Made by a program: the position numbers and the translations under genes. 64,000 bases of DNA from an uncultured Solirubrobacterales bacterium (lineage in GTDB: Bacteria > Actinomycetota > Thermoleophilia > Solirubrobacterales > Solirubrobacteraceae). The stretch's first letter is position 1. Every line of letters begins with the position of its first letter. Below, piece by piece: positions 10,226 to 19,652 of the stretch. The stretch lies in NCBI GenBank assembly GCA_963708315.1, contig OY970204.1:954272-1018271 (forward strand), read 5' to 3'. The notes under the pieces are model-generated. The model was not told where the DNA came from and searched no databases. It saw nothing but the letters and a program-made list of their open reading frames with translations.

Positions 10226-11404
10226 ATGCTCGTATCTGGTCGTATGTCAATTGCGCTCGGCGCAGTGTGCCTCGCGTTGTCCGTTCTCGCTTCTGCCTCC
10301 GCCGCCGTTGCGGCTGGGCCGGCGACCGTCACCGTCAGAGTGGAGGGCGCCTCCGCAACGCTCCTTCCCCCAACCCAGGTGACCACCACCACCGAACCTG
10401 TTGTCAAGGATGGCAACCCGGCTGACTCGTGTCCCGGGACCAGTGCTCTCGGCGCGTTGCAGCTTGCCACCGGCGGCAACTGGAGTGGACCCTGGGAACC
10501 GGGATTCAAACAGTACGAGATCTTCTCGATCGAGGGCGAGTCTCATCCATTCGGCGGACCGGCTTTCTGGGAGCTTTGGGTCAATCACGTCTCGTCGGAA
10601 GTAGGAGCGTGTGAAGCGCAGCTGACGCCCGGCGAGGAAGTTTTGTTCTTCCCCGAATGCTCCGGTGAATGTCTGCCCCCGCCCAACCCTTTGGGCATCG
10701 ACGCGCCTGTGGTCGCCGAACTCGGCAAGCCCGTGACGGTGACCGTCATCTCCTACGCAAACCCCAGCGGAGCACCATCGCCGGCCGGTGGCGCGACGGT
10801 CACGTATGACGGGACCAATACGCCGACCGACTCCAGCGGTCATGCCACACTGACCTTCTTCCATGCCGGACGGGCGGAAGTGAAGGTGACCGCGCCGGGC
10901 TCCATTCGAACCGAGACAACGATCTGTGTCCACCAGGGCAACGACGGCACGTGTGGCACTCAAGTTGTGTCCGGTGCGGGAGTCCCTGCCGGGGGCGTCG
11001 CCACTGCCGGTGGCGTGAACGTCGCACCCTTCAAAGGCGCCTACGCGCTCGTCCCGCATCTGACAGGCATCATTGATGGCCACACATACACCCGCGCCCA
11101 TGCCCCGCGCATCCTCTCGGGCGGCGTGCTTGCGCATACAACGGTCTCCTCGGTCAGCCTGACGCTGCGTCGCTCCTACCGGCGCCGTTGCTACTCCTTC
11201 GACGGCATCGCCACCCGGTTCGTTCGTGCCCGCTGCGGCACGGGCAAGCCGTTCAAAGTCTCCACCAACGGCCTGTTCTCATATCTGCTGCCGTCCGCGC
11301 TTGCGCCTGGGCGGTATGTGCTTGATATCAAGGCGACCGACGCCGCTGGCAACCATACCGCGCTGGCACGGGGGACATCCAGGATCGTGTTCTATGTCCG
11401 CTAG
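10226..11404 (+). CDS. Secreted protein with DUF4430-like (cobalamin-binding beta) domain and Ig-like domains
   Basis: GAAAGGGG RBS; signal peptide ending AAVAA; IFSIEGE...FWELWVNH...VGACEAQL.PGEEVLF resembles DUF4430; first gene under the B12 riboswitch. Confidence 0.65.
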   Translation: MLVSGRMSIALGAVCLALSVLASASAAVAAGPATVTVRVEGASATLLPPTQVTTTTEPVVKDGNPADSCPGTSALGALQLATGGNWSGPWEPGFKQYEIFSIEGESHPFGGPAFWELWVNHVSSEVGACEAQLTPGEEVLFFPECSGECLPPPNPLGIDAPVVAELGKPVTVTVISYANPSGAPSPAGGATVTYDGTNTPTDSSGHATLTFFHAGRAEVKVTAPGSIRTETTICVHQGNDGTCGTQVVSGAGVPAGGVATAGGVNVAPFKGAYALVPHLTGIIDGHTYTRAHAPRILSGGVLAHTTVSSVSLTLRRSYRRRCYSFDGIATRFVRARCGTGKPFKVSTNGLFSYLLPSALAPGRYVLDIKATDAAGNHTALARGTSRIVFYVR

Positions 11405-11415
11405 ACCAGCACCAC

Positions 11416-12369
11416 ATGTCCGGTAAGACACCGAGAGCCCTCGGTGTGAGCGCGGCGGCGGCGTTGCTCGCCGCCGCGCTCGCCGGCTGTGGCCTCGGTG
11501 CCGGACCCGCGCCGAGCGCGATCACGCTCACCGTCACCCGCGACTTCGGCGCCCACACCGTGCGCGCCATGAGCCCTCCCAGCGTGCACGGCCAGGAGAC
11601 CGTGATGAGCTTGCTGATGCGCAACACGACCGTCACTACCCGCTTTGGCGGTGGGTTCGTGCAGAGCGTCGACGGCTCTTCCGGCGGCTCCACCAGTGGA
11701 CAGCCGCGCGACTGGTTCTATTACGTCAACGGCGTGGAGGCGCCTCGGGGCGCCGCGGCGACGAATGTGCACCCCGGCGATCACATCTGGTGGGACCTGC
11801 ACGACTGGGGTCAGACCGACAGCGTGCCCGCGGTCGTAGGGTCGTTCCCCGAGCCGTTCCTGAACGGCATCGACGGCAAGCGCCTGCCGGTCCGCATCGA
11901 ATGCGCCACCGTCTCCAGTGCCCCATGTCAGACGGTCAGCTCGCGCCTGCGCGCGCTCGGTGTGCCCGCCGCGCTTGCGGGGATGGGACCGGGCGATGAG
12001 CCGGAAACGCTGCGCGTGCTCGTCGGGCCGTGGGCGTCCGTGCGTGGCGATCCGGCCGCGCATCAGATCGAGCTCGGGCCCCGTTCCAGCGGCGTCTATG
12101 CGCGCTTCGCCGCGGGTGGCGCCACGCTTACTCTGCTGGACGAACAGGGCGCCGTGGCGCGCACACTCACCGCCGGTGCGGGATTGATCGCGGCCACGCG
12201 TTACGCCGAAGAGGCGCCCACATGGGTCATAACCGGCACCGATGCAGCCGGCGTCCAGCTGGCGGCGCAAGCGCTCGACCAGGCCACGCTCGCAGATCGC
12301 TTCGCGGTCGCCCTTCCGTCCGGCGGCGTCACGGTGCCCGTGCCCGCCCCGGTCTCGACGGGAGGTTGA
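11416..12369 (+). CDS. DUF4430-domain lipoprotein (CbrS-like)
   Basis: Lipobox LAGC; GFVQSVDG...DWFYYVNG...GAA....HPGDHIWWD. Confidence 0.78.
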   Translation: MSGKTPRALGVSAAAALLAAALAGCGLGAGPAPSAITLTVTRDFGAHTVRAMSPPSVHGQETVMSLLMRNTTVTTRFGGGFVQSVDGSSGGSTSGQPRDWFYYVNGVEAPRGAAATNVHPGDHIWWDLHDWGQTDSVPAVVGSFPEPFLNGIDGKRLPVRIECATVSSAPCQTVSSRLRALGVPAALAGMGPGDEPETLRVLVGPWASVRGDPAAHQIELGPRSSGVYARFAAGGATLTLLDEQGAVARTLTAGAGLIAATRYAEEAPTWVITGTDAAGVQLAAQALDQATLADRFAVALPSGGVTVPVPAPVSTGG

Positions 12370-12376
12370 CGAGGCC

Positions 12377-13312
12377 GTGCTCTCCCATTCGCGACCGTTC
12401 TTCTATCGCCGTCTCTCCAGTCCCCTGCACGCTGCGCGCGCCGGCGTCGGCGCGACGTGGGCACTCGCGCTGACCGTGGCTGCGCTGATGCTGTTCCATC
12501 CGCTGGCCCTGCTCGCGCTGACGCTCGCGGTGCTCGGCGCGGGCTACGGCGCCGGGGTCGGAGGCCAGATGACGCGTACTCTGCGCACCGCCGCGATCGT
12601 CGTCGTGCCGATCGTCGCGATCAACGTCCTCGTCTCCCGCGACGGGCTGACAGTGTTCGCGCGGCTGGGCGACCTCGGCCCGTTCGGTCAGGGCAACCTC
12701 ACGGTTGAGGCGGCCGTGTATGGGGCGGTGATCGGGCTGAAGGTCACGCTGCTGATCCTCATCACAACGCTCGCCAGCCTCGCGGTGGACCCCGACGAGC
12801 TGTTGCGCACGTTTCGCCGGATGTCGTTTCGTTCCGCGCTCACCGCCTCGCTGTCCACCCGCATGATTCCGCTGCTCGCGGCCGACTCCGAGCGCCTGGC
12901 CGAGGCCCAGCGCACTCGTCCCACGGGTGCTCCCACGGGTCCTCGCGCGCGCGTCGCCCTGCTCGGGGCAGTCATCGGCGGCTCGCTCGATCGCGCGATG
13001 GACGTCGCCGCCACGCTCGAGCTGCGCGGCTTCGCCGCTGGCCGATTGGAGATTGCGAGATCTTCAATCGGTCACCGGCGTCCGCGCCGCTCGCAGATGG
13101 TGCGTCCGTTCTCACGCCACGATCTCGCGTTTGCCTGCTCGAGCGTCGCGATCCTCGCGCTCGGCATCCTCGGGCGGCTTACAGGCGCCGCCTCGTTTGA
13201 CGCCTATCCGCTCATACACATGCCGGTGACCCTCGCAACCGGTGCGCTCTGCGCCGCGCTGATCGCCGTCGTCCTCCTGCCGTTCGCCGATCGCCGAGGG
13301 ATCGACCCATGA
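12377..13312 (+). CDS. ecfT: ECF transporter transmembrane T component
   Basis: SPLH motif, TM helices, AQRTR and LELRGF coupling-helix motifs. Confidence 0.85.
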   Translation: MLSHSRPFFYRRLSSPLHAARAGVGATWALALTVAALMLFHPLALLALTLAVLGAGYGAGVGGQMTRTLRTAAIVVVPIVAINVLVSRDGLTVFARLGDLGPFGQGNLTVEAAVYGAVIGLKVTLLILITTLASLAVDPDELLRTFRRMSFRSALTASLSTRMIPLLAADSERLAEAQRTRPTGAPTGPRARVALLGAVIGGSLDRAMDVAATLELRGFAAGRLEIARSSIGHRRPRRSQMVRPFSRHDLAFACSSVAILALGILGRLTGAASFDAYPLIHMPVTLATGALCAALIAVVLLPFADRRGIDP

Positions 13313-15015
13313 ATCCGATCCTCTCCTTCGACCACGTCACCTACCGCTACCCGAATGCCGAGCAGCCCGCGCTCGACGACGTTAGCCTTGAGGTCGAACC
13401 CGGAGAGCTGTGCCTGCTCGCGGGACTGTCTGGCCACGGCAAGTCGACGCTGCTGCGCGCCGCCTGTGGTCTGGTCCCGCACTTTCACGGCGGGCGCTTT
13501 GCCGGCACGGTCGAGCTCGCCGGTATGGACACCCGCGAGCACGCGCCCGCCGAGCTCGGCGCCGTCGCCGGCGCCCTGTTCCAGGATCCGGAGACCCAGC
13601 TGGTGACGAGCACCGTGCGCTCGGAGCTGGCCCTCACGCTCGAAAGTCGTGGCCACGGCGAGGGCGCCATCGCGCGCGGGGTGGAGGAGGTCGCGCTCGC
13701 GCTGGGGATCGACGCGCTGCTCGACCGCTCGGTGCACGAGCTCTCCGGCGGCGAGCAGCAGCGCGTCGCGCTCGGTGCGGCGCTCGCGGGCCGCCCGCCG
13801 GTGATCCTGCTCGACGAGCCCACCTCGCAGCTTGACCCGGTCGCCGGTGATGAGCTGATTGGGTTGCTGCGTCGCCTGAACCAGGAGTGGGAGACGACGA
13901 TCCTGCTGGCCGAGCACCGACTCGAGCGCTGCCTGTCGGCGGCCGATCGTGTGATCGCCCTGCGCGCAGGGCGCATCGCCCACGACGGCGACCCCGCGTC
14001 GTTTCTGGCCTGGGCCGCGCGCGAGTCTCCGGCGTTGCAGACGCCCGGCGCGAAGCTGTTCACGCTTACCGGCCTGCGCCCGCTGCCGGTCGGCGTGCGC
14101 CAGGCGCGTGGATCGCTGCGCGATCGCGGTCTGCTCCCCGGGGGGAACCCAGCCGCCCCCACCGAGGCTCCCGCCGTCGCGGCACCACAGCGCATGAGGC
14201 GGCGCTCGCCCAAGCCCGTCGTCGCGCTGCGGCTGCGCGGTGTTTGGCACGAGCTGCGCGACGGACCGGCGATCCTGCGAGGACTGGACCTGACGTTGCA
14301 TCCGGGTGACACCATCGCGCTGATGGGTCGCAACGGCGCGGGCAAGTCGACGCTCCTGCGCCACGCCGCCGGGCTGCTCACGCCGACACGCGGCAGGATC
14401 GAGCGGGCGGGGCGGGTCGCGCTGCTGTTGCAAAACCCAGGCGACTACTTCGTGCACGAGCACGTCGCCGAGGAGGCCTCCGCTAGGGCCCTGCAAGCGG
14501 TCGGACTGCAAGATATGGCCGAGCGCAACCCGCGCGACCTGTCCGGGGGCGAGCGTCAGCGCCTCGCCCTGGCGATCGTCACCGGTGACGGAGACCCTCC
14601 GGCGGTGTTGGCGCTGGATGAGCCCACGCGGGGAATGGACCGCGAGTCCAAGGCTGAGCTTGCGCTGGAGTTGCGCCGCCGCGCCAAACAGGGCCAGGCG
14701 GTGATCGTGGCGACCCATGACCCCGAGTTCGCCGCGTCCTGCGCCGAGCGCGCGATCCTGCTGGCCGACGGCCGCGTGATCGCCGATGGGCCCGCCACGG
14801 AACTACTCGCCGGCGGGTGGTACTTCGCCACCGAGACCGCGCGCATCCTCGGTGGTGCGGGCGGCGCGCTGCTGCCCGAGCAGGGCGCGGAGCTGCTGGC
14901 CTCGCGCGTCCATCGAGATGTTGCGTCCTCGCCCGATGCGCAGCGCTCCATTCCACAAGATCCTGGCTCACGTGCGGTTGGCGCCGGCTCGGCCATGCAG
15001 GGCCTCACGCGATGA
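13309..15015 (+). CDS. ECF transporter duplicated ATPase (EcfA-A' fusion)
   Basis: Two ABC domains: GLSGHGKST/LSGGEQQR/LLDEPT and GRNGAGKST/LSGGERQR/ALDEPT; FQDPETQ. Confidence 0.9.
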   Translation: MNPILSFDHVTYRYPNAEQPALDDVSLEVEPGELCLLAGLSGHGKSTLLRAACGLVPHFHGGRFAGTVELAGMDTREHAPAELGAVAGALFQDPETQLVTSTVRSELALTLESRGHGEGAIARGVEEVALALGIDALLDRSVHELSGGEQQRVALGAALAGRPPVILLDEPTSQLDPVAGDELIGLLRRLNQEWETTILLAEHRLERCLSAADRVIALRAGRIAHDGDPASFLAWAARESPALQTPGAKLFTLTGLRPLPVGVRQARGSLRDRGLLPGGNPAAPTEAPAVAAPQRMRRRSPKPVVALRLRGVWHELRDGPAILRGLDLTLHPGDTIALMGRNGAGKSTLLRHAAGLLTPTRGRIERAGRVALLLQNPGDYFVHEHVAEEASARALQAVGLQDMAERNPRDLSGGERQRLALAIVTGDGDPPAVLALDEPTRGMDRESKAELALELRRRAKQGQAVIVATHDPEFAASCAERAILLADGRVIADGPATELLAGGWYFATETARILGGAGGALLPEQGAELLASRVHRDVASSPDAQRSIPQDPGSRAVGAGSAMQGLTR

Positions 15016-16652
15016 GTTGGCTGCTCGCCTCCTCGCTGATCGTCGGGCTGATCCTCATCGCCGGCTGGATCGCCTATGAGCGCAGGCGGCCCTCGGCGCG
15101 CATGGTCGCGGTCGTGGCCACGCTCGCGGCCGTCGCCGCGCTCGGCCGCGACGCGTTCGTCGCGTTGCCGGACGTCAAGCCGATCACGGCGATCGCGTTC
15201 GTCGTCGGATACGCCCTCGGGCCCCTACCCGGCTTCACCATCGGCGCGATCGGCATGCTGGCCTCGAACATCATGCTCGGCCAGGGCCCCTACACACCCT
15301 GGCAGATGGTCGCCTGGGGCCTCGTCGGCCTGGCCGGCGCCGCGCTCGGAGCTCTTACCCACCGACGTATCGGTCGCGTCCCGCTTGCGCTGGCGTGCGC
15401 CGTGGCCGCGCTGATGGCCAAGGAGATCATGAACCTCTACACCTTCACCCTCGCCGGCGCCCACACCCCGGCGGCGTTCCTGGCCATCGCCGGCACCTCG
15501 TTGCCATTCGACCTCACCGACATGTTCGCCACGCTGTTGTTCGCGCTCGCCTTCGGCCCCGAGCTCGCGCGCCTGCTCGCGCGCACACGTGAGCGCATGA
15601 CCGTGAGATGGGAACCCCACCCACCCCCGCCGGCCGTACCGGCAGCGCCCGCGGGAGGGTCGCCCGACCCAGGGCTTGCGGGCAGAGGGGCTACGGCATC
15701 GGCGATCCTCGCGATCGTCGTCGCATCGCTCGGTTTGGGTGGTTTGGCGACACGTCCGACCGTGGCTGGAGCTTTCACCGGTGACGCACATGTCGCCTCC
15801 TCACGGCTCTCACCCGAGCTTTCGTTCCTGACCTCCGCCCAGAACACCGACGGCGGCTTCGGTGGCGCGCGCGGACAGGGCTCCAGCGAGCTGTACACCG
15901 CCTGGGCGGCGATGGGCCTCGCCGCCGCCGGACGCAACCCCGCGAGCGTGCGCCGTTCGGGACGGTCGGTGCTCGATTCGCTGCGCACCCAGGCACCCAC
16001 TCTGCAGGGGCTCGGCGATGCCGAGCGGACGATCCTCGCCGCGCGCGCGTGCGGCGCCTCCGCGTACTCCTTCGCGGGACGTAACCTCGTCGCCGAAGTC
16101 CTGCGCTCGCGTGCGAGCGACGATTCGTTCGACCACCAGGTCAACCTCACGGCGTTTGCGATCTTCGCGCTGCGAGCGGTTGGCCATTCCCCCGGCTTTG
16201 GCGCGATCCATCAGGCGGCCGGTTGGATCGAGCGCCAGCAGAACTCCGACGGTGGCTTCGCCTTCGGTTATCGCGGCTCACCCAGCGATGTCGATGACAC
16301 CGGCGCGGCGCTCCAGGCGCTCGCCGATGCGGGCGCTCACAACACGCACATCCTCGGTGCCGCGGCGGGCTACCTGATTCGCTCACAGAGCCTCGACGGC
16401 GGCTTTCCCCAGCAGTACGGCGGCCCATCCAACGCCCAGTCGACGGCCTGGGCGATTCAGGGTCTGATCGCCGCCGGTTATAACCCAGGCGCGGTGCGCC
16501 GCCGCGGCAGTCGCACCCCGATCGGCTACTTGGAAAGCCTGCGCGGCCCCGACGGCAGCATCCGCTACTCCCGCACCGGCTCACAGACGCCGGTATGGGT
16601 AACGGCCCAGGCGCTGATCGCGCTCTCGGGTCGCACGTTCCCCGTCGGGTGA
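15012..16652 (+). CDS. ECF S-component (CbrT-like) fused to a prenyltransferase/squalene-oxidase-repeat alpha/alpha barrel
   Basis: ATGA overlap; PDVKPIT...GQGPYTPWQM S-component motifs; extra TM, then repeated QNxDGGF motifs (AQNTDGGF, QQNSDGGF, SQSLDGGF). Confidence 0.8.
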   Translation: MSWLLASSLIVGLILIAGWIAYERRRPSARMVAVVATLAAVAALGRDAFVALPDVKPITAIAFVVGYALGPLPGFTIGAIGMLASNIMLGQGPYTPWQMVAWGLVGLAGAALGALTHRRIGRVPLALACAVAALMAKEIMNLYTFTLAGAHTPAAFLAIAGTSLPFDLTDMFATLLFALAFGPELARLLARTRERMTVRWEPHPPPPAVPAAPAGGSPDPGLAGRGATASAILAIVVASLGLGGLATRPTVAGAFTGDAHVASSRLSPELSFLTSAQNTDGGFGGARGQGSSELYTAWAAMGLAAAGRNPASVRRSGRSVLDSLRTQAPTLQGLGDAERTILAARACGASAYSFAGRNLVAEVLRSRASDDSFDHQVNLTAFAIFALRAVGHSPGFGAIHQAAGWIERQQNSDGGFAFGYRGSPSDVDDTGAALQALADAGAHNTHILGAAAGYLIRSQSLDGGFPQQYGGPSNAQSTAWAIQGLIAAGYNPGAVRRRGSRTPIGYLESLRGPDGSIRYSRTGSQTPVWVTAQALIALSGRTFPVG

Positions 16653-16653
16653 G

Positions 16654-17421
16654 ATGACCCGTTCAGCGGGCCTTTACCGGCCCGCCTACCCTGTGGGGAC
16701 CATGTCTACGGTGTATATGTCCGCCACCCGTGCTCCCGGTCACCGTCGCGGTGACACAGTGCGGTCGAATGTCGCTGTCCCTCTGTGTATCGCCGGGGCA
16801 TGCGTGGTCGGGCTCGCGTTGACGTGGGTCGTGGCGGCGCTGGTGCCGGCGACCCACGTAAAGGACGCGGTGGCGCTGCACGATTTCACCCTGCTCGGCG
16901 GTCCACGGCTGGACGATCTGGCGAACGCCCTGCTGCACCTGCTCGATCCGTTGCTTTACACCCTCTGGGGGCTCATGCTCGTGGCCGTCGCGCTCGGACG
17001 TCGGCGCCCATGGCTCGCGCTCGCCGTGGCGCTCGTTCTCGGTCTGGCGCCCCTGACCGCGGAGTTGCTTAAGCCGTTGTTGGCGCATCCGCACGCGTGG
17101 GTAGGCAGCGACTGGGTCAAGGCCGCCTCGTGGCCGAGCGGTCACGCGACGGCGGCGACGGCGCTCGCGCTGTGTGCGGTGCTCGTGGTCCCATCGCGCT
17201 TGCGCCCCACCGTCGTCGTACTGGGTGCGATGTTCGTGGCGGGCGTCGGATTCTCGCTGCTGGTGCTCGCCTGGCATTTGCCGAGCGACGTTGTAGGCGG
17301 CTATCTGGTCGGCACGCTGTGGGTGGCGCTGGCCGTTGCCTGCCTGCGTGCCTACGACGCGCGCTCGGTGTCACGCACGTCCGGACGGCGAGTCCGAGCC
17401 GTGAGCCCCAGGGTCCCATAG
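16654..17421 (+). CDS. PAP2-family membrane phosphatase (start uncertain, may be downstream)
   Basis: LKPLLAHP, SWPSGH, WHLPSDVVGG; multiple TM helices. Confidence 0.8.
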   Translation: MTRSAGLYRPAYPVGTMSTVYMSATRAPGHRRGDTVRSNVAVPLCIAGACVVGLALTWVVAALVPATHVKDAVALHDFTLLGGPRLDDLANALLHLLDPLLYTLWGLMLVAVALGRRRPWLALAVALVLGLAPLTAELLKPLLAHPHAWVGSDWVKAASWPSGHATAATALALCAVLVVPSRLRPTVVVLGAMFVAGVGFSLLVLAWHLPSDVVGGYLVGTLWVALAVACLRAYDARSVSRTSGRRVRAVSPRVP

Positions 17422-18006
17422 CGGCTCCGGGGTGGCTGGGCCTTGATTCACCGAGCGCGCGAGGATGAACAGCAGGTCCGACAACCTGTTGAGATAGCGC
17501 ACCACCTCCGGGTTGCTCTCATCTCCGACGGCGATTGCCCGCCGCTCGGCGCGGCGGCACACCGTGCGACAGACGTGCAGCTGCGCGCTGGCCGGCGTCC
17601 CGCCGGGGATCACGAACGAGCGCAGCGGCGCAAGCGTCGCGTTGACCTCGTCGCACGCGCCCTCCAGCCACTCGGTGTACTGCGCGGTCACGCGCAGGCG
17701 GGGGCGGTCCGCGCCTGCCTGTCCACCATCCCCTGCCTGTCCAGCATCCGCGTCCGGGGCCACGCCGGGCACTGACAGGTCGGCGCCGAGGTCGAGCAGG
17801 TCGTTCTGCACGCGCTGGAGCCAGCCGACCATCTTCTCGGGCAGGTCCGGCTGCAGCAGCGCCACGCCGAGCGTCGCGTTCAGCTCATCGACGGTGCCGT
17901 ACGCCTCGACCCGCGGGTGCACCTTGGAGACACGGCTCATGTCGCCTAGGTGCGTCTCGCCCGAGTCGCCGAGCTTCGTATATATCCGCGTCAGGTTTAC
18001 CGTCAT
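17371..18006 (-). CDS. pduO: ATP:cob(I)alamin adenosyltransferase, PduO type
   Basis: RIYTKLGDSGET, AYGTVDELN, QNDLLDLGADL, FVIPGG, RTVCRRAER, YLNRLSDLLF. Confidence 0.92.
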   Translation of the reverse strand: MTVNLTRIYTKLGDSGETHLGDMSRVSKVHPRVEAYGTVDELNATLGVALLQPDLPEKMVGWLQRVQNDLLDLGADLSVPGVAPDADAGQAGDGGQAGADRPRLRVTAQYTEWLEGACDEVNATLAPLRSFVIPGGTPASAQLHVCRTVCRRAERRAIAVGDESNPEVVRYLNRLSDLLFILARSVNQGPATPEPLWDPGAHGSDSPSGRA

Positions 18007-18129
18007 AGCTTGCCCTGGGACTACAGGCCCAGGCCTACAGTACCGGGCCTGCAGGCCACCTTCCGAGTCTCGCATATGGAGCTCTGACTGCCCACCATCG
18101 GGACGATCGGATACGTTCTCGGACTTCAC

Positions 18130-19287
18130 ATGCGGATCGGAGTTCCGACTGAGACCGCCGCCGGCGAGCACCGTGTCGCGCTCGTGCCGGAGGTGGTCGC
18201 CAAGCTCAAGGCCAAGGGCCTCGACGTCGTCGTGCAGAACGGCGCGGGCGCCGATGCCCTGCTGCCCGATTCCGCCTTCGTGCAGGCGGGCGCCGAGCTC
18301 ACCGGCGACGCCGCCGCGGTGTGGGGCTGTGACGTGGTCGTCAAGATCGCCCCGCCCGACCCCGAGGAAGTCCGCGGCCTGGGCTCAGGCTCGATCCTCG
18401 TCGGTTTCCTCGCGCCATTGACAAGCCCGCGCACGACGCGCGCGCTGTCCGACGCCCGCGCCACGGCGTTCGCGATGGAGGCGATCCCGCGGATCTCGCG
18501 CGCACAGTCGATGGACGCGCTGTCCTCGCAGAGCAACGTCTCCGGCTATGAGGCGGCGCTGCTCGGCGCCGAGCAGATGGGCCGCTTCTACCCGATGCTG
18601 ATGACCGCCGCCGGCACGATCCCGCCGGCCAAGGTGCTCGTGCTCGGTGCGGGCGTGGCCGGGCTACAGGCGCTGGCCACGGCCAAGCGCCTGGGCGCCC
18701 GCACGACCGGCTATGACGTACGCCCGGAGGTGGCCGAGCAGGTGCAGTCGCTCGGCGCGCAGTGGCTCGATCTCGGCCTGGAGGCCAGCGGCGAGGGCGG
18801 CTACGCACGCGAGCTGACCGACGAGGAGCGCGCCTCTCAGCAGCAGGCGCTCACAGACGCGATCAAGGGCTTTGACGTGGTAATCACGACCGCGCTGGTT
18901 CCGGGCCGCCCGGCGCCGAAGCTGGTCACCGAGGAGGCCGTCCGCGGCATGAAGCCAGGATCAGTGATCGTCGACCTCGCGGGCGAGTCCGGCGGCAACT
19001 GCGAGCTGACCGAGCCGGGACAGACGGCGGTCAAGCACGACGTCAAGATCGTCTCGCCGCTGAACCTGCCCGCGCGCATGCCCGAGCATGCCTCGCAGCT
19101 GTTCGCGCGCAACGTGCTCGCGCTGCTGGAGCTGTTCGTCGGCGAGGACGGCGCCCTGCACCTGGACTTCGACGACGAGATCGTCGCGGGCGCGTGCATC
19201 GTGCGCGACGGAGAGATCGTCCATCCGGGGGCTAAGGCGGCGGTGGAAGCGGCAGGCGCAACGCCGGGCGGAGGTGCCACTACATGA
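18130..19287 (+). CDS. pntAA: NAD(P) transhydrogenase subunit alpha part 1
   Basis: RVALVP, PRISRAQSMDALSSQSN, GAGVAG, GEGGYA, GGNCE. Confidence 0.93.
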   Translation: MRIGVPTETAAGEHRVALVPEVVAKLKAKGLDVVVQNGAGADALLPDSAFVQAGAELTGDAAAVWGCDVVVKIAPPDPEEVRGLGSGSILVGFLAPLTSPRTTRALSDARATAFAMEAIPRISRAQSMDALSSQSNVSGYEAALLGAEQMGRFYPMLMTAAGTIPPAKVLVLGAGVAGLQALATAKRLGARTTGYDVRPEVAEQVQSLGAQWLDLGLEASGEGGYARELTDEERASQQQALTDAIKGFDVVITTALVPGRPAPKLVTEEAVRGMKPGSVIVDLAGESGGNCELTEPGQTAVKHDVKIVSPLNLPARMPEHASQLFARNVLALLELFVGEDGALHLDFDDEIVAGACIVRDGEIVHPGAKAAVEAAGATPGGGATT

Positions 19288-19652
19288 TTCTCGCCAGCAC
19301 GCTCACGACCAACCTCGCGATCCTCGTGCTCGCGGGCTTCATCGGCTTTGTCGTGATCTCGAAGGTCCCGAACACGTTGCACACGCCGCTGATGTCGGGC
19401 ACGAATGCGATCCACGGGATCGTGCTGCTCGGCGGTCTGCTGCTGTTTGGCCTCGCCGGGCTGGACGCGTTCAGCAAGGCATTGCTCGTGATCGCGGTCG
19501 CCTTCGGCACGATCAACGTCATCGGTGGCTTTCTCGTGACCGACCGCATGCTCGAGATGTTCAAGTCCAAGCCCAAACCTCCCAAGGGCTCGCAGGGCGA
19601 TGGCGGCGAGGCCGGCAGCTCCGGTGACGGGCGTGATGGGAGACGCTCGTGA
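19284..19652 (+). CDS. pntAB: NAD(P) transhydrogenase subunit alpha part 2
   Basis: LHTPLMSGTNAIHG, GGFLVTDRMLEMF. Confidence 0.93.
   Translation: MILASTLTTNLAILVLAGFIGFVVISKVPNTLHTPLMSGTNAIHGIVLLGGLLLFGLAGLDAFSKALLVIAVAFGTINVIGGFLVTDRMLEMFKSKPKPPKGSQGDGGEAGSSGDGRDGRRS

Noticed and set aside
18007-18129. Rex operator or NAD riboswitch upstream of pntAA
   Set aside because: No TTGTGAA-N4-TTCACAA site or recognisable aptamer; only a GC hairpin in a divergent promoter region
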